In this document: positions 18,190-26,544 of the stretch, in pieces
How the letters are laid out: each line of letters opens with the position of its first letter
How positions within the stretch are numbered: position 1 is the stretch's first letter
Source of the DNA: a virus
Direction: 5' to 3' (one strand)
Length of the DNA stretch: 44,971 bases
IMG/VR virus record: IMGVR_UViG_3300026487_000006
Notes under the pieces: model-generated
What the model was told of the DNA's origin: nothing
What the model saw: the letters and a program-made list of their open reading frames with translations, nothing else
Database searches by the model: none
Translations under genes and position numbers: made by a program

Positions 18190-18219
18190 TTGACAGTTTA
18201 CATAATACTGTCGTATTGT
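18190..18219 (+). promoter_or_regulatory. Sigma70-like promoter
   Basis: TTGACA-18nt-TATTGT. Contains the palindrome AATAC-tgtc-GTATT (18204..18217). Confidence 0.65.
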
Positions 18220-18256
18220 TCAGTCATTGAAACGAAACAGCTACCGGAGCAGAAAA

Positions 18257-18409
18257 ATGGAAAACAAAGTTAAAGCATTACTCATCAAATGGGGCAACAA
18301 CCAGGACGATGTTGAAGCAATGATGTCCAAATGGTTCGAAGTAGTCTACAACGGCAATAAAGATGAATCAGCACGATACATCGCCAATATGATTCGGACA
18401 GCATGGTAA
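18257..18409 (+). CDS. Hypothetical protein
   Basis: 50 aa starting from the ATG with a GGAG RBS. The longer track ORF would need a non-ATG start. Confidence 0.55.
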   Translation: MENKVKALLIKWGNNQDDVEAMMSKWFEVVYNGNKDESARYIANMIRTAW

Positions 18410-18615
18410 TGGAAATAACAGAAGTCTCTATTAGTAAAATCAAGGTGGGTGACACGGTCATCCACCACGGCCAACAAAGAACGGTTTGTATTCGCGCCTT
18501 CGGGTACGACCCGTTTGTCGGTGTTCTTTTGTGGGGCGACAGCTACAACATGGGAAACACAAAAGTTAAAAAGATTACTTTCCCGCGATGGTATAAAGGC
18601 GTACGTTATGATTAA
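18403..18615 (+). CDS. Hypothetical protein
   Basis: 70-aa ORF. An alternative start at 18409 forms a TAATG overlap with the upstream stop. Confidence 0.55.
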   Translation: MVMEITEVSISKIKVGDTVIHHGQQRTVCIRAFGYDPFVGVLLWGDSYNMGNTKVKKITFPRWYKGVRYD

Positions 18616-18617
18616 AG

Positions 18618-18637
18618 AAGCCCCTTACGGGGCTTTT
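18618..18637. terminator. Bidirectional rho-independent terminator
   Basis: AAGCCCC-ttac-GGGGCTT followed by TTTAT. Lies between convergent genes. Confidence 0.8.
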
Positions 18638-18638
18638 A

Positions 18639-18884
18639 TCATTCTGTTGTAACGTTCCTTACCCAGTCCTGCAACCGGTACACTTTCAGCCTGTTCTGGC
18701 GCACACAATCCGAGTTCTGCACATCAATAGCCAGGTCCTCATCAGCATCAGCGGCCGGTGCGCTTAACTTACACGGTGCCACCATCAGCGATGCATCGAC
18801 AGGCGGCAGCTGTTGCGCCGGCGGAACGTACTCAGACGAGCAGCCTGTCAGAAACACCACACCCGCCAGAATCAGTTTATTCAT
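18639..18884 (-). CDS. Rz1: o-spanin (outer-membrane lipoprotein)
   Basis: Start MNKLILAGVVFLTGC carries a lipobox (LTGC). The start overlaps the last 8 nt of the i-spanin gene. Confidence 0.85.
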   Translation of the reverse strand: MNKLILAGVVFLTGCSSEYVPPAQQLPPVDASLMVAPCKLSAPAADADEDLAIDVQNSDCVRQNRLKVYRLQDWVRNVTTE

Positions 18885-19233
18885 GGTCGTAGCCTTCAAT
18901 GTTATTCGCATTTTCAACAGCGCGGCGTTTCAGTTCAACACGCTTAGGGTCGAACTCGCATTTAGTCCGGCCAGGCGTCTGGATGTACTTAACCACCTCC
19001 TGCGTAATGGTAACGGTACGAGCTGCGCCTTTGGTGTCGGCGGCGGCGGCCTTCGTGTCGTTTTGTTGTTGCCGTGTGATTTGCTTTTCCAGTCGCGCGG
19101 CGGCTTTCGTCTTTTGTTGCTGGACTAAGTCCTGTCGTCCGGCGTCCCAGGCACGGTGGTATTGCCACTGGCCCCAGAGAAAGGTCGTCAGTACTGCGGC
19201 CGATACAACTGCCAGAATAATTCTCAGATTCAT
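18877..19233 (-). CDS. Rz: i-spanin
   Basis: 118 aa from MNLRIILAVVSAAVLTTFLWG (N-terminal TM helix), followed by a Gln/Lys/Ala coiled-coil. RBS GGTGGGAG. Confidence 0.85.
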   Translation of the reverse strand: MNLRIILAVVSAAVLTTFLWGQWQYHRAWDAGRQDLVQQQKTKAAARLEKQITRQQQNDTKAAAADTKGAARTVTITQEVVKYIQTPGRTKCEFDPKRVELKRRAVENANNIEGYDHE

Positions 19234-19618
19234 TGTGTCTCCCACCTCTGCGTATAAGTGGGGAGAAGCCTAAGCGTATCCCCACCCCGATACTATTACG
19301 GCAACACACTTTTAATCTTATAGTTGCCGTAAGTCATTGAAGGGACTGGTTGTCCGTTCCTGTCCGCTGTGATTCATCGAAGATGAATAGATTATCCCCG
19401 ATGTCTGTTTGACCGGTGCTGGCGTACGACGCTTAACGCTACAGGGGCTGTTCGGCCTTACGGCCCGCCCCTAGCGTCTCGCTGCGCCCCTGTGGGGCGA
19501 CGCGTGACTTCAGTGCTGTTAGGTCAAGGGCATTATACAAATATGTGTCAAGCTTTTCATAACTCATAATTTAGATAGATTCTTACTGCTTTACCAGTTT
19601 TTCCGGTTAAGGAAATGG

Positions 19619-19647
19619 TTTACAGCTTAATATTAGTGTTGTATTAT
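19619..19647 (+). promoter_or_regulatory. Sigma70-like promoter
   Basis: TTTACA-17nt-TATTAT. The spacer carries the 11-mer TAGTGTTGTAT. Confidence 0.6.
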
Positions 19648-19680
19648 TAGTCCCTCGAAACAACAAAAGAGGAAAGCACT

Positions 19681-19983
19681 ATGGGACAGAAGACACTTTT
19701 AAAAAGCGACGTTAACAAACTACTCCAATTAATTGCTGACCGGGAGTGGGCTGAGCATTTTGCGGAAAGTGATTTAGGACGGAACCTGGAGAGCGCCGTG
19801 ACAGACTTACATAATGAAATATCAGAATTGCAGGATAAGGTCTCCGAACTCCAGGCAAAGCTCGATAATCAACCTGTTGTGGATTTACCTTACAGCGACG
19901 CAATTCGACTTCACGGCAATATGATGTACAGCGATGCCGTAGTCACCGCCTTACAGAAGGCCGGGGTTAAATATAAGTGGTGA
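19681..19983 (+). CDS. Coiled-coil hypothetical protein (paralogue family)
   Basis: 100 aa. RBS AGAGGAAAG. C-terminus QPVVDLPYSD..YSDAVVTALQKAGVKY parallels the 20809 ORF. Confidence 0.65.
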   Translation: MGQKTLLKSDVNKLLQLIADREWAEHFAESDLGRNLESAVTDLHNEISELQDKVSELQAKLDNQPVVDLPYSDAIRLHGNMMYSDAVVTALQKAGVKYKW

Positions 19984-20011
19984 TGTCTTATGGAAACGAG
20001 AGGACCTAAGC

Positions 20012-20161
20012 ATGACATCCTGGCACACAAGTTACTTTATCGATGCCGCGCGTATCGCCCACTATCAGGGCCTGCGTCGGCGGCGCAACGGCAACCCGGC
20101 GCTCGCTTACCAGTCGTTCGCGGAGCGCGACTACTTTATTAAAATGGCAAGAGGAAACTGA
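20012..20161 (+). CDS. Small hypothetical protein (49 aa)
   Basis: Below the 60-aa limit of the ORF track. RBS GAGAGGA lies 7 nt upstream, and the stop is 1 nt from the next ATG. Confidence 0.45.
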   Translation: MTSWHTSYFIDAARIAHYQGLRRRRNGNPALAYQSFAERDYFIKMARGN

Positions 20162-20162
20162 G

Positions 20163-20597
20163 ATGAGTGAAGTTAAGCGTTGGAATGTTGAGAGTGATGA
20201 GCAGGACGGTCCTTGTTCATTATGGAACGTTGAAAGTGCAGAAGGTGAGTTTGTTGAATACGAAGACTACGCCGCCCTCAAAGCAGAGCGTGAAGCGTTG
20301 GCGGTGGAGTGCGCACAGTATAAATCTCTGGCAGAAAGGTTTGCAGAAAGAGCGGATGACTATAAATCAGGACATTTTGGCTACTCGGTCTTTGATAGCT
20401 CAAATGAATTTAAGCAGCACATTAAAACCCCAGCCACCGACGCCTACCTCAACTCTGTGCGGGCTGATGCAATATTTGAAGCAGCCAGCTTAATTGCTGC
20501 TCAGATATGGGAAGAGGACGAAGGGCAAGGTATGGTTGCCGCTATTGACGCGCTTGCAATCATTGAGCAAAAAGTCCGCGCAGGAGAGCCATTATGA
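20163..20597 (+). CDS. Hypothetical protein, Ead/Ea22-like architecture
   Basis: 144 aa from MSEVKRW (RBS AGGAAAC). The Arg-rich upstream extension in the track lacks an RBS. Confidence 0.6.
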   Translation: MSEVKRWNVESDEQDGPCSLWNVESAEGEFVEYEDYAALKAEREALAVECAQYKSLAERFAERADDYKSGHFGYSVFDSSNEFKQHIKTPATDAYLNSVRADAIFEAASLIAAQIWEEDEGQGMVAAIDALAIIEQKVRAGEPL

Positions 20598-20803
20598 AAG
20601 ACTTAACAGTAGACGCATCAATGATTACATTCCATAGTTCTCAGGCTGAGCCTGAGTTCAGATTTATTTTTATACCGCCTGGTTTAGATAAAGGCATTTA
20701 TTTTGTTGGTGGCGACGTGCCCGAATTAGGTGATTCAGTCGATATCGTCTGCGTTAAAAACGACGATGGCGGCCTAGTTCTTCAGTTCAAAACACGGAGG
20801 TAG
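20594..20803 (+). CDS. Hypothetical protein
   Basis: 69 aa with an ATGA overlap. Confidence 0.6.
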   Translation: MKDLTVDASMITFHSSQAEPEFRFIFIPPGLDKGIYFVGGDVPELGDSVDIVCVKNDDGGLVLQFKTRR

Positions 20804-20808
20804 CCATC

Positions 20809-21081
20809 ATGACAAACGAAGAGAAGCATGCCCTGATTGAGCACTGCAAAGAAGAAATCGAAAATCTAAAATGGAGGATGGATCGAACAATAGCCACGCA
20901 GGGTAACGTGGCATACCTTATTAGTTGCCTTAAGAGGCAGGAAATCGCACTCGCCGCACTGACCGCACAGCCGGTTAAGCTGCCTGATGTTCAGGTGGAC
21001 AATCCAATTGATGGATTCTTTTACAGGTGTGATGAGGTTATCGCAGCTATCCGTATGGCAGGCTACGAGGTACAGGAATAA
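20809..21081 (+). CDS. Coiled-coil hypothetical protein (paralogue of the 19681 ORF)
   Basis: 90 aa. RBS GGAGG. C-terminus QPVKLPD..FYRCDEVIAAIRMAGYEV. Confidence 0.65.
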   Translation: MTNEEKHALIEHCKEEIENLKWRMDRTIATQGNVAYLISCLKRQEIALAALTAQPVKLPDVQVDNPIDGFFYRCDEVIAAIRMAGYEVQE

Positions 21082-21590
21082 TGAAAGAGCTGAATGAGTT
21101 AGTTGCTATTGCCGAACGTGCCGATGCATACGGCAACTTAATGAATGCTAATCCGCATAAAATTCTTGCCATTGCCGAAGCATTCCGTGAGCTGGAGCAG
21201 CGCGCAGAAGCAGCAGAAGCGAAGCTGGAAACAGAAAATAAATGGCGTGACCTCGCTTTGCAGTTTGATGGACATCGGATGCAGGCAATTTCCCTACTAA
21301 AAATGATTGTAAATGACGCGCCAGAAAAACAGTTCACATCGGTGCGCAACTTTTTAAAATGCGGCCCGTTATCCGGCGAGGAGGTGATGAATGAGCGTTT
21401 GCTTGTCATTGCTAATTCCCGACCCGCGCCCGCCATAAGCCTGGCGGAGCTGGTGCCGGATGAGTGCGAGCCTCACCAGTCTGGACTTTATGGATGCAAG
21501 CTAGACATGAGGCTTAAAACACCGGACTGGGCAGAAGGGTTCAGCGCCTGTCGCGCCGCCATCCTGCGTAACATTGAGGAAGCGAAATAA
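21081..21590 (+). CDS. Hypothetical protein, Ead/Ea22-like architecture
   Basis: 169 aa with a TAATG overlap and an N-terminal coiled-coil. Confidence 0.6.
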   Translation: MKELNELVAIAERADAYGNLMNANPHKILAIAEAFRELEQRAEAAEAKLETENKWRDLALQFDGHRMQAISLLKMIVNDAPEKQFTSVRNFLKCGPLSGEEVMNERLLVIANSRPAPAISLAELVPDECEPHQSGLYGCKLDMRLKTPDWAEGFSACRAAILRNIEEAK

Positions 21591-21592
21591 TT

Positions 21593-21618
21593 AAGGCCCC
21601 GTAAGGGGCCTTTTCTTT
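21593..21618. terminator. Bidirectional rho-independent terminator
   Basis: AAGGCCCC-gtaa-GGGGCCTT followed by TTTCTTT. Confidence 0.85.
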
Positions 21619-22081
21619 ACTCTGCGTCTTTAGCCTTAACCACAGCAGCTTTAGATACTGCTGTCTTACCATCTGCGTCAGTCACGACGGCCCAGTACTT
21701 ACCTGCTTCCGACACTGACAGCTTCTCACCACCATCGGGCACGTTAACCACCTGTTTGTCGTCCTTGTACCACTGCACTGTGTACGGTGCTTTACCGGCT
21801 TTAGGTGTTGCCGTGAGGGATGTGGCTTTAGTTCCCAGCTTCGCATCTTCTGGCTGAGTCGCAAAATAAACATCACCTGCCTCTTCCAGGTATGGTACTT
21901 CGAACAGTGCGCCACCTGCCTGAACCGGGATACCGGTCTTGTAGATAAACGGCATCGGGTCTACCGCCGTACCCAGGACCGACTCATCCTCCAGCCAGAC
22001 TGCGCCGTTATCAGATGACGAGGCACGTTTGTACTGAACGACGCGGCGGTCTGGCACGTCAATTACGTTAAAGAAACCCAT
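21617..22081 (-). CDS. Ig-like domain structural protein
   Basis: 154 aa. C-terminus ..TATPKAGKAPYTVQWYKDDKQV..AGKYWAVVTDADGK is an Ig I-set-like signature. Confidence 0.65.
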   Translation of the reverse strand: MGFFNVIDVPDRRVVQYKRASSSDNGAVWLEDESVLGTAVDPMPFIYKTGIPVQAGGALFEVPYLEEAGDVYFATQPEDAKLGTKATSLTATPKAGKAPYTVQWYKDDKQVVNVPDGGEKLSVSEAGKYWAVVTDADGKTAVSKAAVVKAKDAE

Positions 22082-22082
22082 A

Positions 22083-23126
22083 TCATAACCCCTTCAGGTA
22101 ATCGGCCACTCGCGAGTCGAGTTCAGCCATCTGGTTTAGTGTAAGTGGTCGTCCGAAGCCATCCACTGAAATTGTGCGGAACTCTTCCGGACTGATGCCG
22201 GAGTTACGGAAAATCTTACCGCGAACCGGTCCTAATGCTTCGTCCTGGAACCATGCTGGCTGTTGCTTCAGGAAGTCGTAATACGTCGTGCTCGCGTCGA
22301 CCTGTGTTCCGCCTTCCGCACCACGGGCGGCACGTTTAGCACCCACGTCGAGGAAGTCGAAGTCTGAACTGATGACCGGTGCTGTTGCTGAACGGCAGTT
22401 AGGATGTGCCGGCGGTAAGGGGCCTTTACCGATTTCCCACTTCTGTCCATCACGACTACGGCAGATTGTTGACGTCCTGCTGTCGAGGGTAGAGACCCAT
22501 TCGTATTTCTCTACGATGTCACTGTTCTTGGCGTAGACCTGTTCACGCGCCTGTGTTGACACATGGTTCAGAGCTGTACGCACAACAGTTGCAGCGTTGC
22601 GTTGCGACACATCCGCAAGACCACCAGCACCGACGACTTCTTTAACAATCTGGCGTGTGGTCTTGCCTTGTACGAAGCCTGATTTAACGCCCATCACCAG
22701 CCGGTTAACCTCAACCCCAACCCAGCCAGAAATCAGGTTCATCACTTCAACGGGCTTATTATCGAGTGCCAACGGGTTGAACTTAATAGCGGACCAGACC
22801 TGCTCCGGCGAAGGTGTGACAAACTCGGCGGACACATTACCGGACAACGTCCGGACAGTCCAGTCCGCCTCATAGCCCGCCAGGTCCTGCAGGTCTTCAG
22901 TTAATTTTGATTCCCAGCCATCAGTAATACCTGACAGGATATTATCCAGGTCGCGCAGCATCTTCTCCAGGTTCTGCCGTGTGCGGCTGTCGTCGCCGAA
23001 CTGCAGAACCTGTGCACGGACTTCATCACGCATCTGCTGGATAAACGGCACCAGTTCGTTTACCTCATGTGAGGCATTGCGCTGTAGCCAGACCTGGTGG
23101 CTGATGAAGTTTGAGATAAGGCTCAT
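22083..23126 (-). CDS. Head morphogenesis protein (Mu F / SPP1 gp7-like)
   Basis: 347 aa. Motif STLDSRTSTICRSRDGQ...PPAHPNCRS is typical of the Mu F family. Follows the portal gene. Confidence 0.85.
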   Translation of the reverse strand: MSLISNFISHQVWLQRNASHEVNELVPFIQQMRDEVRAQVLQFGDDSRTRQNLEKMLRDLDNILSGITDGWESKLTEDLQDLAGYEADWTVRTLSGNVSAEFVTPSPEQVWSAIKFNPLALDNKPVEVMNLISGWVGVEVNRLVMGVKSGFVQGKTTRQIVKEVVGAGGLADVSQRNAATVVRTALNHVSTQAREQVYAKNSDIVEKYEWVSTLDSRTSTICRSRDGQKWEIGKGPLPPAHPNCRSATAPVISSDFDFLDVGAKRAARGAEGGTQVDASTTYYDFLKQQPAWFQDEALGPVRGKIFRNSGISPEEFRTISVDGFGRPLTLNQMAELDSRVADYLKGL

Positions 23127-24625
23127 TGCTGAGCCTCTTCGCTATTCTGCTGCTCGGTGTCAACTGTCACGTCCTGTGCTACTGCGGGGATGGCTCCCAC
23201 CACCGTCGTAGCACTCGGCAGCGGCTGGTCAGCGATAGAGTCCTGAATCTCTTCGTCGGTCCAGTCAGTCACACCTGCTTTACGCAGCGCGGCGTAGTAG
23301 GCTGTTGCCGGTAGTAGGCTAGCATTGATGTCAGCCATCCATGCCGCGCGGTCCTGCGACGTCATAGGCGTCAGAAAGAACTCCATGTTCAGCTTAAACT
23401 CAATCTCCACGCCTTCACGCAACCCCATCATGGACGCAACCCACTTCAGCGCCTCTGTGTATGCCATGCTGACGTTGCGTGCGATGGTCGCCATAACTGA
23501 CGTATCGGCACCACGCTGGAGGCGCGCGGACTCGGCTGTAATCTGCTGAGTCGGCGTAATAAGCTGCGCACCAATCTGGATAGCTTGCGTCTCTTTGTCC
23601 AGCATGTTCTGCTTAGCGAGGTTATTCTCACCGGCCTGAATAAGCTGCGCGCTACCGCCGGCCCCGAGGTTATGACCTGTGCGACTGCCAAATTTGATGC
23701 CGTTCGGGTTCGCCTCCTGGAAGGTCTGCAACGACATGTTCTCGCCGGGGTAGATAAACAGCGTCGGCTGACCCACTACGAAGCTGGACTCCTCGTTATC
23801 CGCACTGTTACGGAAGTGCCCGATGTTCAGTTCAGCAAGCGGCAGCAGGGGCGCATCATCAATCGAGGCGTCGTTATTGCTTGCGCCGATGAACGTGAAC
23901 GGTATTTTGCCCGCTAGTTGCGGGCCCAGGTCCGGGTAGATAACAACGACCGGTTCAGCCTCGCCGCCTTCTGCTTTAAACCGGTATAGGCGCTGGCGGT
24001 ATTTGCCGTCTTCGTCGAGGTCCAGTACGCGATACTGTTCGCCACACTTAACCACGAACTCGTTATCAGCCTCGAAGTATTCCCACACTTCACGTAGCAC
24101 CACCATGACGACACGGTTAACTGAGCCAAAGCGTTTCAGACGCCAGTTGATGATGTTCTCTGCTGTGTAGAATGCGATGACCGGGTTAAGTAACCCTTCG
24201 TTCTGCTCGGCAGCAGTAGCCGCACCAGTTTCCGGCGCATCGACCAGCAGCCCGCCACGACCGACAGAGTCAATCTCCATCAGAGTATCCTGGGCGTGCT
24301 GCCACAGTCCCACACCGGAGCCGTCGCAGTTACGCAACAGGTACTCCAGTTCATCAGGGATAATCTGCTCGGGGTCTTTACGCATGACGCTGCCGACCAT
24401 ACCGGATAACGTGCGCTTGGTGAAGTTGTAGCAGATAGCGCCAGCGGCGTACTCTTCCTGTCGGGCTTCTCCATAGGATTTATCAGGCTCGTTCAGTCCG
24501 ACGTTGCGCAGGTAACAAATCAGGTCGCCAGCGATTGCATTACGCACCCGTTTCCATTTGGCGTAGTGGTATTCCCACTCGCGATGCTTAGTCTTTACGC
24601 CATTGTTCTGGCCGTTAGTTAACAT
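23123..24625 (-). CDS. Portal protein
   Basis: 500 aa, between TerL and the MuF-like gene. Acidic C-terminus. Confidence 0.8.
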   Translation of the reverse strand: MLTNGQNNGVKTKHREWEYHYAKWKRVRNAIAGDLICYLRNVGLNEPDKSYGEARQEEYAAGAICYNFTKRTLSGMVGSVMRKDPEQIIPDELEYLLRNCDGSGVGLWQHAQDTLMEIDSVGRGGLLVDAPETGAATAAEQNEGLLNPVIAFYTAENIINWRLKRFGSVNRVVMVVLREVWEYFEADNEFVVKCGEQYRVLDLDEDGKYRQRLYRFKAEGGEAEPVVVIYPDLGPQLAGKIPFTFIGASNNDASIDDAPLLPLAELNIGHFRNSADNEESSFVVGQPTLFIYPGENMSLQTFQEANPNGIKFGSRTGHNLGAGGSAQLIQAGENNLAKQNMLDKETQAIQIGAQLITPTQQITAESARLQRGADTSVMATIARNVSMAYTEALKWVASMMGLREGVEIEFKLNMEFFLTPMTSQDRAAWMADINASLLPATAYYAALRKAGVTDWTDEEIQDSIADQPLPSATTVVGAIPAVAQDVTVDTEQQNSEEAQQ

Positions 24626-24632
24626 GATGTCC

Positions 24633-25868
24633 TCACAATGCGAATGAAACCGGGATGTTTACCATCGGGCGATTAACCGGGAAGAGTCTGTGCATACAAT
24701 AACCCAGACTGTCGTTCCAGTCATCAATAGCCGGATGCGTATTGTATTTCTCAGGCTCGCCTTTATCGGTGTAGCCTTGCGTCTCCAGGGCCTGAACGGT
24801 CTTGGGACACTTACTCAGGTTGATAGCCAATCTGCCGTGTGACAATAGCGAGTTAACCGCATTGATACGGTCGCGGACAAATGGGTTCTTTGACGGCGCT
24901 TCTACTCGTAAACCTGCTTGCTCAATCAGTCCGATATCAGAGACTGTTGCATTCGTGCGCCCCGCCCGACCTGAAGCATCCGGGTATACCGTCACGTCGT
25001 GTTGTTGGTACCGAACAGTAACGTTATTGATGAAATCACGCGTGTCGTGGCTAACGAACTCATCAACGGCAATCGGCCCTTCATCGTCGAGTACAAACAC
25101 AACAGCGCAGCAACCACCAATGTTGAAGTCAAGTCCGATATGCAACCGGTCCCCTTTTTCGATGACCGCATTGCTGCCGTGGGTCTCGCGGCTGAAATAG
25201 TGATACACCTTGTTGGTTGTCAGGCTGACAAATTCGCCGTTGATGTACATCTCCGCCAGTGCGGCGTCGTAGTTGGCCCGAATCTGGTCAACATAACCCG
25301 CCGGTAAATACGGATTTGATAGCGTTGAAGCTTTAATAAGCTCTGTGGACTCATCCGCTCGTGTAACCCAACGGTCGTAGACGAAGCCTGAATAACCCTG
25401 GTCTGGTGTTGTCACAGCAGCTATTGAGTTAGGAAGCTTGCTGACCTGGCGGGTACGCTCTGAAATCTTACGCCACACAAGATTAGCTTGCTCTTTCGTC
25501 AGAACGTCAAGCTCATCGGCAACAGAATGTGCCACCTCAAAAGCAATCAGACGGTTCGGGTTGTCGTATGAGCGGAAGAACATGGTCCCGAGCCCTTTGA
25601 TAACCACTGCGTAGTCGGACTTGTTGAGCGTATACTTCAGGCCCAGCATGTTCAGGTCATCCAACACACCGGGAATGGCCCGAAGCTTAAGAAGGTCATA
25701 CGTCGGCATTGTGTACAGCGTGTTTATGCCGGGGTTCTGCAGCATCAGAAGAATAAGGCGCATCGTAGCTGCTCGGGACTTACCCGCGCCCAGACCTGCG
25801 ACGATTGCCGGGTGTGGCTTCTCGCTGAACACGAAGTCGCGCTGCGGGTCCGTTAATGGGACATCCAT
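24633..25868 (-). CDS. terL: Terminase large subunit
   Basis: 411 aa. Walker A reads AGLGAGKSRA. Acidic nuclease-type motifs occur downstream. TAATG overlap with terS. Confidence 0.9.
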   Translation of the reverse strand: MDVPLTDPQRDFVFSEKPHPAIVAGLGAGKSRAATMRLILLMLQNPGINTLYTMPTYDLLKLRAIPGVLDDLNMLGLKYTLNKSDYAVVIKGLGTMFFRSYDNPNRLIAFEVAHSVADELDVLTKEQANLVWRKISERTRQVSKLPNSIAAVTTPDQGYSGFVYDRWVTRADESTELIKASTLSNPYLPAGYVDQIRANYDAALAEMYINGEFVSLTTNKVYHYFSRETHGSNAVIEKGDRLHIGLDFNIGGCCAVVFVLDDEGPIAVDEFVSHDTRDFINNVTVRYQQHDVTVYPDASGRAGRTNATVSDIGLIEQAGLRVEAPSKNPFVRDRINAVNSLLSHGRLAINLSKCPKTVQALETQGYTDKGEPEKYNTHPAIDDWNDSLGYCMHRLFPVNRPMVNIPVSFAL

Positions 25869-26362
25869 TATTCAGTCCCCGGCTTGACCGCTTTCACAAT
25901 GCGAATCTCAAGAGGCTTGTTATCGTCGTTCTCTTCAGGTGCATCCTTCATGCCGTGGTTAGTGCGGAGCATCAGCGCGGTAACGTGGTTAGCAACACCG
26001 GCAGCACCCAGCTCTAACAGGAAGGCTTTCTGAAGATTACTCGCCATATCCCAGGCTTCTTTGAACTCAGGATGGTTTTCGCACCAGCGGTCTTTTGCAG
26101 TTGATACTGAGATACCAATCTCATGGCACCAGCGCTCGAAGGTAGGCAGTTTGCTGTGGGGCAGGACCTTGCCGCTGTTCTTCAGGTCGTAGTTAATCTC
26201 CCAGGAAATGGCCTGGCTGAAGTACTCAACAAGAGACTGGCAATACTCCTCGCGGTAAAGCGTCGGCTTCTTCCACGGATGGCCTTCAGGTGTTGGGTCA
26301 CCTTTCTTACGAATCGGCGTATATCCGGCAATGCCCGGCGGTTTAGCCTTGCCAATCTTCAT
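25868..26362 (-). CDS. terS: Terminase small subunit
   Basis: 164 aa. HTH-like segment ..FERWCHEIGISVSTAKDRW.. First gene of the late operon. Confidence 0.7.
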   Translation of the reverse strand: MKIGKAKPPGIAGYTPIRKKGDPTPEGHPWKKPTLYREEYCQSLVEYFSQAISWEINYDLKNSGKVLPHSKLPTFERWCHEIGISVSTAKDRWCENHPEFKEAWDMASNLQKAFLLELGAAGVANHVTALMLRTNHGMKDAPEENDDNKPLEIRIVKAVKPGTE

Positions 26363-26382
26363 TATAAATCTCCTGATTGCAC

Positions 26383-26399
26383 GAGTGTGACCGTCACAC
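26383..26399. promoter_or_regulatory. Perfect 8+8 palindrome in the terS leader
   Basis: AGTGTGAC-c-GTCACACT, 21 nt upstream of the terS ATG. Confidence 0.5.
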
Positions 26400-26430
26400 T
26401 ACATGTTTCGCGCCCTGCGCGTCTCAGGCG

Positions 26431-26459
26431 ATTATATAGCGCACTACACAAAATGGCAA
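26431..26459 (-). promoter_or_regulatory. Strong sigma70-like promoter for the terS/terL operon
   Basis: Minus strand reads TTGCCA-17nt-TATAAT. Confidence 0.65.
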
Positions 26460-26544
26460 AAGCCTATATTTTTAAGCCTAGTCCTAACCACCGCATCAGA
26501 CGATTCTTATACGATATCCGCGAACAGTTAAACGGAGGTTAAGT

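Noticed and set aside
18883-19309. ORFs 18883..19128(+), 18899..19273(+) and 18989..19309(-) overlapping the spanin genes
   Set aside because: The Rz/Rz1 reading frames have clear TM and lipobox signals. The alternative frames give Arg/Cys-rich nonsense without start signals.
20043-20162. N-terminal 40-aa extension of the 20043..20597 track ORF
   Set aside because: The extension is Arg/Ser/Thr-rich and lacks an RBS. The ATG at 20163 has one, and the region is better explained by the separate 49-aa ORF 20012..20161 in another frame.
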